Source: Lama glama (Eukaryota). Taken from it: a stretch of DNA of 64,000 nucleotides. Each line of letters begins with the position of its first letter. Positions within the stretch are counted from its first letter, which is position 1. The position numbers and the translations under genes are program-made. The notes below the pieces were generated by a model that worked only from the letters and a program-made list of their open reading frames with translations, had not been told where the DNA came from and did no database searches. The stretch spans positions 37,078,001 through 37,142,000 of the forward strand of contig CM052817.1 in assembly GCA_028534125.1 (NCBI GenBank). Reading direction: 5' to 3'. Below, one piece after another: positions 52,906 to 64,000 of this stretch.

Positions 52906-55113
52906 TTTTTTTCCGTTTTATTAGGTAGAATTGTTACAATTTGACTATACATATAAATACAAATACACAATATTGCATGTAAATACAAATACACAATATA
53001 CTGCACATATTTTTAAATTTACACATATGTACTGTTTATTGTTTTTAAGAAAGTTTAGAGCTTTAGCTTTTAAACTTATATAGTTATCAAAGGCATAAAG
53101 CCAACCACAAAATAAGAATTAATTTAAAAAGATACATACACCCCACTATTAACAGCAACATTATTTATAATTGCTGAGATACAGAAGCATCCTAAGTGTA
53201 CATCAATAGATGAATGGATAAAGAATATGCAGCGTATATACGTAATGGAACACAACTCACCAATAAGAAAGAAGGATGTTTTGCCATTTGTAGCCCTTCA
53301 TTCACCTTTTTTTTTTTTTCACTTCAAAAACCAGAATTTTATAACTGGCATAAACATTTCCAGTGCATCAAAAATAGCAAAATATCTTTCTCTTACTAAT
53401 TTTAATATTTTCTCCTTATCCTTGATATTTGTCAGTTTGATTACTACATACCTTGGCATGTTCCTCTTTGGGTTGATCCTGTGTGGAACTCTCTGCACTT
53501 CTTGGACTTGGGTGACTGTTTCCTTTGCCAGGTTGGGGAAGTTTTCAGTTATTATCTCTCCAAAATTTTTCTCAGGTTCTTTCTCTCTCTCTTCTCTTTC
53601 TAGGACCCCTATTATGTGAATATTAGCATGCTTCATGTGTCAAGCAAGGGGCAGATTCTATGCTTCTAGCATTGTTGAGTTCTCTTAAGCTATCCTCATT
53701 TCTTTTCATTCTTTTTTCTTTTTTCTGTTCTGCAGTAGTGATTTCCACTAATCTGTCTTCTAGCTCATTGATTCATTCTTCTGCGTCATTTAGTCTATTG
53801 TTGGTTCCTTCTAGTGTAATACTCGTTTCAGTGATTTTATTTTTCAACTCTGTTTTGGTATTCTTTATATTTTCCAACTCTTAGCTAAAAACTTCACTCT
53901 GTACATCTATACTCCTCTTGAGTTCTCTGAACATCTTCACCATCATTACTTTAAACTCTTTCTCGATAAATTGCCTATCTCTTCATTGCTTATTTCTTCT
54001 TCTGGGATTTTATCTTGTGTCTTGGCCTGGGAGATATTCCTCTGCCACCTCTCATTGTCTGTCTTTCTATTTGTATTTTTAGGTAGGTTATTTATGTTTC
54101 GATACCTTGGAGAGGTGGCCCTCTGTGGGAGATGTCCTATGCGTCCCAGCAGTACACTCCTCTCTTGTCACCCAAGGGCCAGGGTCCAGCCAGTCCCAGT
54201 GTAGAGTCTAGTCTGTGTTTGTGGATTCCTTCCATAGGGTTTGGGATTGTTGTTTTCTTATTTCTAGTACCTGCCCCTGGTGGATGAGGCTGGACTAGAG
54301 GCTTATGCAGGTTTCCTGGCAGGATCTGGTGCCTGCCCAGTGCTGGTTGAAGCTTGGTCCTGGACCTCTGATGGGTAGGGCTGTGTCTAGAGACATTTGT
54401 GGCTTAGGAGATCTGCTGATGGGACCTGGTTTGCTGTTTTGCCTGAGGCTTCCCAACAGGCTGTTGAGTGGGGCTAGGTCTTGGTGTTAAAGATCCAATA
54501 AAGATGTCAGCCTCCAGGAAAGTTCACACAGATGAACACTCCTGGAATGTCTGACACAAGTTTTTATGTCCCTGGGTGAGCCACAGCCATCCCCTATGTC
54601 CCCAGGAGACCCTCCCAAACCAGCAGGCAGGCCTGGCCCAGGTTCCTATGAAATCACTGCCTCTGCCCTTAGACCTGGCACACTTGAGATTCTGTGTACG
54701 CTTCCCAAGAGAATGAAGTCTCTGTTTCCCCTAGTCCTGTGGGAATCCTGGAGCTAAGCTCTGTTGGCCTTCAAAACCAGATGTCCTGGGGTCTCCTCCT
54801 CCTCCCAATGCCAGAACCTGGGGCTGGAGAGACTGATGTGGGGCTTAGAGCTCTCCCTCCTGTGGGAGGGCACCTGCAACTTAATTATTCAGTTTGTGGG
54901 TCACCCACCCCGGGGGTATGGGGCCTGATTATTCCGTGAGCATGCCCCTTCTACCGTCCTGCTGTGGTTTCCTTTTTGTTTCCAGTTGAAGATTGTTTTT
55001 GCTAGTTTCTAGTCTTTTTCTCCAGTGGTTATTCAGCTGTCAGTTGTGATTTCGTTGTAGTCTTGGAGTGAAGCAAGCTCATGGTCCCACCACTCCACCA
55101 TCTTGACCCAGCA
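52906..55113 (-). mobile_element. L1-derived element with 5' UTR + partial ORF1 and no ORF2 (HAL1-like)
   Basis: CAAGATGG 5' start (55098-55105) and a GC-richer 5' UTR. ORF1 pieces (ORF 53319-53636: NIHIIGV..EEREK..EIITENFPNLAKE..QVQEVQRVP). An unrelated AT-rich 3' region, AATAAA (52917-52922) and an A-tail follow. Candidate TSD ACTTTCTTT/ACCTTCTTT. Confidence 0.65.
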
Positions 55114-56361
55114 CTGACCTTCTTTACATCATAATATACTACCTACCCACCATCAATTACAATATCATATCAACTCCTGAACTCTACAGTGTGCAAGTGA
55201 CAGTCAAAGAATGGCTCTGCTTGGAATGTGAAATCCAACTTGGATGATACCTCTGCCAATGTTCTCTCACACATTCTCTTTTTCCTTCACTTTCTTTTGC
55301 TATAATTAAATATTAACATCATTATTATCTGTGTTCCAAATGATAAATCTGCTAGTTACGCTGTTTCATCTTTTTCTCTTTCTTGTTATTATTACCTGTG
55401 TGAAAATCATTATGTTTCTAAAATTGGCACTTAAAGAGGTGGCTCTCAAGAGGGACAGTAACTGAAAAGAAAAAAGCAGACAAAATTCAGAAAATATTTC
55501 AGTTTAATAAGAACCTAAATGTTATAAATGGTATTAGTTTAGTTGAGAAAATTTTCCCCAAAGCAACTCATCTTAAAATGTGATGTGAAGGCAAGTTAAT
55601 GGTAAACTCAATGTGCCTTCATTCATATCTACAGGAAAAAACTGACATGAAATGAGTTCAGAGAAAACTAAACGTTTTTACTTATCAAGAAAATTCATTG
55701 AAATGAAGCCAATTATGTTATAAAGACATGCAAACAAAAGTCTCCAAAAACTTAAAAAAAAAAAAAGCAAGGGGCAGATTCTAAGCTTCTAGCATTGTTG
55801 AGAAAGTAGACCCTTGTGTGTGAGGAATATAAACATTCTGATCCAAAAATAACAAAAAACAAATAAAAGGTAGTTCTCCAGGAGATCTCAGGCTGAATGA
55901 AATTTCTCAGCATCCAAACTATTTGAGCATAATGTGAACTAAGTAACACTAACAAAGTGATTTTCACTTCCTCAAAGTTTCTTAATTCTTCTATAACACA
56001 AATACCCCAGTAGGTAAAAGTATATAGATCTTTCTGTAAATTTTTAATTGCCTTTAAGAAGTTTGTCAGTAGTATATGAATTTGAATAGTGTGGGTCCTC
56101 TGGCCTGGCCCACTCTGAGCAAGCAGAATATTGAAATTATAGACATTCAGCCTGAAAACAGTTTCCTGACACTGCAGCCAGCATGAAGTCTGATCTAAAT
56201 CACCTATGTTAATATTTAAACATTTATATGGCTCCATATAAACATCACTACAAACCTACATGCAGACTGGTATAGCCAAGTACTCTTTTTTATAAACATA
56301 CTCAGGGTTAAAACTCAAAGAATCAATTATACTCTCTCCAATGCAATATGGTATAGCCTAG

Positions 56362-56580
56362 GTCATGATGTCTCAACCCCAGTGCTACTGCCATTTGGAG
56401 CTAGATAGTCCTTTCCTTCAATGCACAGGGCTGTCTGTGCATTGGAAGATGTTTAGCAACATTTCTGGCCTTTACCCACCAGATATCACTAGCACACCTG
56501 AGGTGTGACAACCAAAAATGTCTCCAGACATGGCACAATGTCTCCTTTGGGGCAAAAGTATCCTTGGTTGAGAGCCATTT
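56362..56580. mobile_element. MER20-like DNA transposon
   Basis: TCTCAACC...GTGACAACCAAAAATGTCTCCAGACAT...GGTTGAGAGCCA, recognised from memory. Confidence 0.75.
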
Positions 56581-57656
56581 GGCTGGTTGGTTTTAACTTA
56601 GTTGGTCTAAGTTGAAAGTTGGGGTTTTCCAATCTGATTTCCTGGGTTAGAGTCCTAACTCAAACTCTCGCTGGCTATGTGACTTCAGCAAGTTACTTCA
56701 CTCTTCTATCCATCAGTTTCTTCATCTGTACAATGCTCATTCTAATAGTACTTCAAATACTTCCTGTGAGGATTAAATAAGTTGCTATATAAAGCCCTTA
56801 AATAAGTCCATGGCATATAGTAAATGCTTAATAAATTTAAATAATGACCATTATTATTATTTGGTTTATATAACTATTAGTGGATGGAGGAACTCACAAA
56901 TTGGAAAGCCCAACAGACAGGTGGGCAACCCCTCCCCAGTGTATGGGTCCTTGCCCGCCAACTGGGAAAGAATTCCCAATAGAGGGAGAGGGACCAAGTG
57001 AAAAAAGAGTTGCTTTCATTGCTCAGAGAGAGAGGAAAAGAAAGTACTCTAGTGGGCAGCTGGTGGAGACAGCTCCAGCCCCCCGATCAGCTGCAGGGTC
57101 TTTTATCAGAAGGTTCTGCCACCGTTATCTTCATTCCAGGGGTGCCAGTCATCTTCTACTACTGGCTCTTCTGTCATGCAGCTCAGCCCTAAAACTGAAA
57201 CTTCAGGGGGAGGAAGAGAACAAAGAGAAAGAAATTGGGGTATGTCTTTGGAATTAATGCAGCAATGGTGGAACATAAATCGTCCTGTTGTATGACTAAG
57301 TCCTTGTAATTAAGGCGCCAGCTGTGGGTTAAGGGAAATGTCCTGCCTTTCATCAGCCTGGCACTGTCTTTCCCTTACAAATCAGCCAGGGTCAGTAAAC
57401 CTCCTAATCACCTCTCTCATAACCATTTACTACTAGCAAATCTACTTCATATACATGCTCTCTCTTTTAATCTTCATAACCCCCTTGTGTGTGGGTGTGA
57501 GGAATGTTGAGCTTATGGTGTGTGGTGGTGAAGGTCTGTGTTGGGTAAAAGCATTTTACCCAGAAGCACTTATTTTTATCTTTATTTTCCAGATTAGAAA
57601 ACTGACACATAGGAAAAATAAAAAGGATTGCCTGAAGTCATACCACTTTTTGTGTG

Positions 57657-59960
57657 TGTGTGGTAAAATATACATAACATAATATTTACTACTTTAACCA
57701 TTTTTAAAAGGACAGTTCAATGGCATTAAGTATATTCATATTATTGTGGAACCATCACCACCATCTATCTCCATAGCTTTTTAAAACTGAAGTATAATTG
57801 ATTTACAATATTGTGTTAGTTTCAGGTGTTCAGTAAGGTGATTCAGTTATACTTTATTTTTCAGAAAATTTTCCACTGTAGGTTATTACAAGATATTAAA
57901 TATAGTTCCCTGTGCTATACAGTAAATCCTTATTGTTTATTTTATATATAGTAGTGTGTAGCTATTAATCCCATACTCCTAATTTATCCTTCCCCCACTC
58001 TTTTCCCCTTTGGTAACTGTAAGTTTGTCTTCTATGACTATGAGCCTGTTTCTATTTTATAAGTAAGTTCTTTTTTGTCATTTTTTTAAGATTCCACATA
58101 TAAGTGATATCATATATTTGTCTTTTTCTGTCTGACTTAGTTCACTTAGTGTGATATTCTCTAGGTCCATCCATGTTGTGGCAAATGGCATTGTTTCGTT
58201 CTTTTTTATGGCTGGGTAGTATTCCATTATATATCTACCACATTTTCTTTATCTATTCATCTGTCAGTGGACATTTAGGTTGCTTCCATATCTTGGCTAC
58301 AGTAAATAGTGCTGCTATGAACATTGGAATGGATGTATCTTTTTGAATTAGAGTTTTTGTCTTTTCCACCTTTTTTTTTTTTCTTGTCAAGGAGTGGAAT
58401 TACTTGATCATGGGGTAGCTCTAATTTTAGTTTTATAAGGACTCTCCATAAATTCTCCATAGTGGCTGCACCAATTTACATTACCACCAACAGTGTAGGA
58501 GGGTTCCCTTTTGTCTGCCCCCTTCCCAGCATTTATTTTTGTAGACTTTTTGATGATGGCCACTGACTGCTATGAGATGTTACTTCATTGTGGTTTTTGC
58601 ATTTCTCTAGTAATTAGTGACATTGAGCATATTTCATGTGCCTATTGGCCATCTTCTCGTTGGTATGTCTTCTGCCCAATTTCTGATTGGTTTATTTGTT
58701 TTTGATATTGAGTTGTATGAGCTGTTTGTATATTTTGGAAATTAAACCCTTATCAGTCATATTGTTTGCAAATATTTTGTTTCATTCCATAGATTGTCTT
58801 TTCATTTGTTTATGGTCTCCTTGCTGTGCAAAAGCTTTTAAATTTGATTAGGTCCTATTTGTTTATTTTTACTTTTATTTGTTTTGCCTTGAGAGACTGA
58901 TCTAAAAAACATTGCTACAATTTATGTCAGAGAATGTTTTGCCTATGTTCTCTCCTAGAACTCTAGGAGTTTTATGGTGTCATGCCTTATATTTAGGTCT
59001 CTAAACCATTTTGAGTTTATTTTTGTATATGGTGTGAGAGAGTGTTCCAGTTTCATTGATTTACATGAGGCTGTCATCTCTATAACTTTTTCATCACCTT
59101 GAAATGAAACTCCATATCTCTTAAACAGCAACTCCTCATTCTCCCTAGCCAACCCCATTTCCAGGCCTGGTAACCACCATTCTACTTTCTGTCTCTGTGT
59201 ATTTGACTATTCTAGGTTTTACAAGTGGAATCATATATTTGTCCTTTTGTGTCTTGCTTATTTCACCTAGCATGTTTTCAAGATTCAACCATGTTGTAAC
59301 ATGTATCAGAATTGCATTTCATTTTAAGGATAAATAACATGGCATTGTATATTTTAGGCAGGAAGAAATTTTCCTCTACCCTTCTGGATTCTTCTGGCTG
59401 GGTAAGAATTAAATTGGCATAAAAAAGATTAACAGAAGACAGTCAAGTAAAAGTTAATAACATGTATACCAGCAAAACTTAGTAACTTGCCAAAATGGGC
59501 TGAAGCCCTCACCTTAACTACTGTCTTCAGCTAAAGACAAAAGAGGATATGGAGGGTAGTGGTTTGAGGTTTCAAAGGGGAAAGAGGAAATTTACATGGA
59601 GATGGGAAAGCAAATGTTTGGTAAACAAATGTTTACTGGGCCATGCAGGGACAATGGGACACAGTGAACTCTGATCTCAAGACCCTGAGTCCACACCTAG
59701 CCTACACTCTGTAGATAGCTCTGGTGATAGCGCTATTCTGGGAACAGGCCCTTTATTTAAAATCTTCAGACAGTTTATTGGGAAGTGAAAAGAAAGACTT
59801 CCTGAGTGTTCTGTTTCTTAAAAGTAATCAACCTAAATTAATTCCCATGCCAAGGAGACATATTTTGGGGTGGTAAATTTTGCTCCCTTATGTATGTATA
59901 TATCACATTTTGTTTACCCATTGATGTACACTTGAGTGTTTCTACTTTTTGGGTATTGGA
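57657..59960 (-). mobile_element. Old L1 3' end split by a younger L1 (57782-59075) and a MER34-like LTR (~59353-59892)
   Basis: The inner L1 encodes ORF2 sequence ([17 protein letters not shown]) and has a degenerate TSD ATCTCCATAGCTTTT/ATCTCTATAACTTTT. The LTR ends ...CATATTTTGGGGTGG..TTTGCTCCCTTA. The outer L1 resumes after each insertion. Confidence 0.75.
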
Positions 59961-60316
59961 AGTCACACCACTTTTAAGTAGGAGACTTCTGGCTCCTGAT
60001 CTAATACTCTTTCCTATATTATCACAAAGAGAATTGATTGCTTTATATAACCTACCATCTCCCCCAAACTCAAGAGGTTTTCAGGGAAATGGGCATCTCG
60101 TGTAAAATGATTAGCTATCTGAAATATGGATGCTGAGCATTTATGAATAAATGAATCAAACTAAGCTTGGCTAGTCCATACTTAGTTTCCATAAGATAGT
60201 ATCTCTACTTTCTCCTTTTCCTTCATTAAAAAAAAAATAGTTTACAGAGAGATACCAAGAGACCATTAGCTGATGTACTATCTCTAGAATTATTTCTAGA
60301 GGTAAAACTTCAGGGC

Positions 60317-61613
60317 TGTGGACAAAAAATAAAATGTTGCCTGCCAATCTGTAAACAATGAATGTTGCTGGCCATCAAGATATCAGCCACTGTAGCCCCC
60401 AACCATGCACACTGAGAGGAATTCAGGATAGACAAAAACAGGATATTGGCCTAAGATACTTAAGGGGCATAGCAAAGGAATAATGTCAAGGAACCCATCT
60501 TCCCATACCTAGAAAAGCACTAAATCATTAACTTAAGATGTCTGTTTTTTTATGATTAGCAGTAATCTTTGATATTCGACTACATGTTTTGCCATTCCCC
60601 CCCAAAAAAATTCCTGTGTATCTTTTTTTTATTGAGGTATAGTCAGTTTACAATGTTGTGTCAATTTATGGTATACAGCACAATGCTTCAGTCATAAATT
60701 AATATACATATATCCATTTTCATATTCTTTTTCACTGTAAGCTACTATAAGATATTGAATATATTTCCCTGTGCTATACAGTATAAATTTGTTTATCTAT
60801 TTTATATATACCAGTCAGTATCTGCAAATCTCAGGCTCTCAGTTTATTCTTTCTCACCCCCATCCCCCCTGGCAACCACAAGTCTGTATTCTACATCTGT
60901 GAGTCTGTTTCTGTTTTATAAATAAGTTCATTTGTCTTTTTTTTTTAAGATTCCCATATGAGTGATATCATATGGTATTTTTCTTTCTCTTTCTGGCTTA
61001 TTTCACTTAGAATGATGATCTCCAGAGCCATCCAGTTTGCTACAAATGGCATTATTTTACCATTTTTATGGTTGAGTAGTATTCCATTGTATAAATATAC
61101 CACAATTTCTTTATCCAGTCATCCATTGATGGACATTTAAATTGTTTTCATGTCTTGGCTATTGTAAATAGTGCTGCTATAAACATTGGGGTGCAGGTGT
61201 CTTTTTGAATTAAGGTTCCCTCCGGATATATGCCCAGGAGTGGGATTGCTGGATCATATGGTAAGTCTGTTTTTAGTCTTTTGAGGCATCTCCATACTGT
61301 TTTCCACAGTGGCTGCACCAAACTGCATTCCCACCAGCAGTATAGGAGGGTTCCCTTTTCTCCACAACTTCTCCAGCATTTATCATTTGTGGACTTTTGA
61401 ATGATGGCCATTCTGACTGATGTGAGGTGATACCTCATGGTAGTTTTGATTTGCATTTCTCTGATAATTAGTGATATTGAGCCTGTATATCTTGACTCCT
61501 TCTTTACCTCTTTGGAGCAGTTTCTCAGAACTATCTAGGAGATAGTTCTCAGTAAAGCCACCAAATAAAACATAATTCTTAACTTTAAGTTGTGCATTGT
61601 TTTCCAGTTGACA
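60317..61613 (+). mobile_element. Solo ERV1 LTR related to the provirus LTRs, split by an L1
   Basis: TGTGGAC...CAGTTGACA. It shares CTAGAAAAGCACTAAA(A)TCATTAAC, CCTCTTTGGA.CAG.TTCTCAGAACT and CCAAATAAAAC with the reverse complement of 2640-3141. No TSD is evident. Confidence 0.85.
60625..61481 (-). mobile_element. 5'-truncated L1 inserted in the LTR
   Basis: ORF 61148-61456 is the L1 ORF2 C-terminus. 12-bp TSD CCTGTGTATCTT (60613-60624) / CCTGTATATCTT (61482-61493). Confidence 0.92.
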
Positions 61614-61689
61614 TAGTGAAACATATGATATAGAACTGCTTCTCAGAAAGTAAGTCCAGAGTGCACTTTCTTTTGAGTTTCCTTGTCCC

Positions 61690-61911
61690 TATGTCAGGTT
61701 TTTATTTGCAACTGGTCTCATTTCAAAAGCTCAAGATGTGTCTTACTCACTAGAACATGTGGACAAAGTCTGCCTGCAACTGTTTACCTCTGCTAGTCCC
61801 ATCAGCACTTGGAATACAGCCCTTCTCTGGAGCTCTCTGCAGAGGGTGGCTCTTTGCTGGGACTAGACAGGGACCAGACTGAGCCAGAGGAAAAGAGTAC
61901 AGAGCAGAGCC
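61690..61911 (+). promoter_or_regulatory. HSD17B13 proximal promoter with candidate liver TF motifs
   Basis: TGGACAAAGTCTG (HNF4/DR1-like, 61760-61772) and TGTTTAC (FOXA-like, 61781-61787) lie 125-150 bp upstream of the ATG. These are motif matches only. Confidence 0.5.
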
Positions 61912-62121
61912 ATGAATATTGTCTTGGATTTCCTTGTGCTTCTGATCATCATCATCTACTCCTACTTGGAATCCTTGGTGAAGGTTTTCATTCCTCGAAG
62001 GAGAAAATCTGTGGCTGGGGAGATTGTTCTCATTACAGGAGCCGGGCATGGAATAGGCAGGCACACTGCCTATGAATTTGCAAAACGGAAGAGCAGACTG
62101 GTTCTGTGGGATATTAATAAG
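61912..62121 (+). CDS. HSD17B13: 17-beta-hydroxysteroid dehydrogenase 13, exon 1 (gene continues beyond the window)
   Basis: Kozak GCCATG. Encodes [70 protein letters not shown]. Donor AAG|GTAATG. 210 nt. Lies in tandem downstream of HSD17B11, as in other mammals. Confidence 0.95.
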
Positions 62122-64000
62122 GTAATGAATTCATGTGCCCATCTTTTAAAGGTACAAGTGAGACAGGTATTTAAATTTTTCTTTTCATTTGCTTACTTTT
62201 GTATTTTTCTTTTTCAAAGTTTGATAACTAAATTCCCTGGGGCTTTACATATGCTGTGCATTAGGATGGTTTGATGAAGGGAACAAACCAAACTGAGACC
62301 TTAGCAGTGATTTTCATGCCACAATATGCAGGTTTGATAACATAGACTCAGGAGCCAGGCTACTTCCAAACTGTTTAAATTGAGAAGTCACTTATGTTTT
62401 CTGTCCCAATCTCTTCATCTCTGAAAGGAGAGTAATACCTCAATGGATGGGCAAGAACAGAGGTTAGTAAACTACAACTAATGGGCCAACCCTGGTCCCC
62501 GAGCAGCCTGTTGAGCCAGGAATGGTTTTTTGTTGTTGCTTTGTTTGTTTGTTTTTACACTTTTAAAGTGTTGTTTTAAATCAAAAACCAAATAAAAAAA
62601 CAAAGAAGAACCATGTGACAGAGCCCTTTAGTATCTCCTCTCATGCACACAATCCTAAAATATTTACTGTCTGGCTCTTTACAGAAAAAAGAACTAATTG
62701 AATGAGTATTTTAAGTGCTTAGAACAATGCCTGGCCATAGTAGACATTAATTGTGTTAAATAAAACCTCCATGCAGAGTCTGCATTTTTCTTGTACTGTT
62801 ATTTGTGAACACAATATTAACTACTCAAAATAAAACTGAAGTAACTGAAATCTTTTATCATTTCCCCTAAACCTTTGAATTCTGATAAGGCCATGAAAAT
62901 ACACACAGATAAATGTTTATAGGATTTTAAGACTGGAAAAAAATAGTCAAGCATTTTTGAGAATCAGATTTTTTACATATCACAATGAGATTTTAATTGC
63001 CATTATATTACTACTCTCTCATGTTCTTTGGTGTCATGTGTAGTTAGCACCTATTATCTTAAGGCCTTCAAAAATGTCTCTTGAATTCAGAAAACTAGTT
63101 CTCCAGTTCTTTCTAGACATTAAAGAATGCTATTCAAGAAAAAGTTGATACATTTTTATATAACAGATATGGGCATTTGTATTATGGATAAGCCGATATA
63201 CATGAAAGTGTTTTGGTTTCGGTTTGGTCCTTGAAGAGATTTCAATAAGCTTTCTAGAGAAGAACAAGAATTTACAAATTAAGAAAATTGTCTGCTGTTC
63301 TTAGGCACTTATTAAAATAAGTAAATAAATAAATACAAATTCATGAAAAAGTCTTGATGAAATCTAATCTTTGGATCTCTCCAGTTGTGTGTTTTGAGGG
63401 AGATGGCTCATATTTATTATTATTTTTAATTCCAGTGATAAGAAATAAAAATGACTTATTTAATTCTGCCTAAAGGATAAATCACCTAACCTCACAGGAT
63501 CTCTTTAAGTCCTTGAGTTTTATGGTTAAACATTTAAGGTATTAAATGATACACTCTAAGGCTGCAAATGTAACTCAGATTTTACCTGTGAAAGGTGCCA
63601 ACTGCCTTTTGGTTATGCTGGCTTTTGCCTTACACTACAAGTCATGTTAGCAATTTGCTTTCAGTCAATCTGAACAGTTGATTTAGCAACACTGTGATAA
63701 GTGGAGTAAACAACCACGTTGGAATTGAAGCTAAAGTAAGTATTTTGCTTCTAGAGAAGAAGACGAGGCATTACATTTTGCAGTGCTCTAGCTCAACATC
63801 TGACTAAGGCTCTTGTTGCTGGGTGCTCTACTGACCTAGAACCTAGAGATAAAAGGGTGTAACCTTGTAGTCTAGCAGTGAGCAAGCTCCCAGCTGAAAC
63901 CTAATCTGGCAAAAGATGCTCTGTCCTCCCTCCTTACTCTTCGGCAACTCCCCAAAAGGCTATGAGGGATAATGGCTCCCGTGATTGAGTGTCCTAAACT

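Noticed and set aside
55752..56237. 161-aa minus-strand ORF in apparently unique DNA
   Set aside because: No recognisable domain, it ends in a poly-T-derived FFFF run, and there is no supporting gene structure. Probably chance.
62122..64000. HSD17B13 exon 2
   Set aside because: No sequence resembling the (H/R)GVEETA exon was found; it presumably lies beyond the window.

Overview
This is AT-rich mammalian genomic DNA, most likely camelid: the SINE at 155-291 and the young L1 3' ends match my recollection of camelid Vic-1 SINE and L1 families. It holds the complete 7-exon HSD17B11 gene on the + strand (CDS 12891-46048, 903 nt = 300 aa, all introns GT-AG) and the first coding exon of its tandem paralog HSD17B13 (61912-62121). 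Most of the rest is transposable-element DNA: a decayed 9.2-kb class I ERV provirus upstream of HSD17B11 (2640-11810, - strand), a full-length ~7.1-kb antisense L1 in intron 5 with a 500-N gap, a probable half-L1 (HAL1-like) element, and nested LTR/LINE stacks. I see no new protein-coding system. The most notable observations are structural: related ERV LTRs flank both paralog promoters and both have their TATA-like box split by a second insertion; there is a HAL1-like element with a 38-bp insertion copied from 2.1 kb away; and there is a four-level nested TE stack. Repeat family names come from memory, not from a database search.
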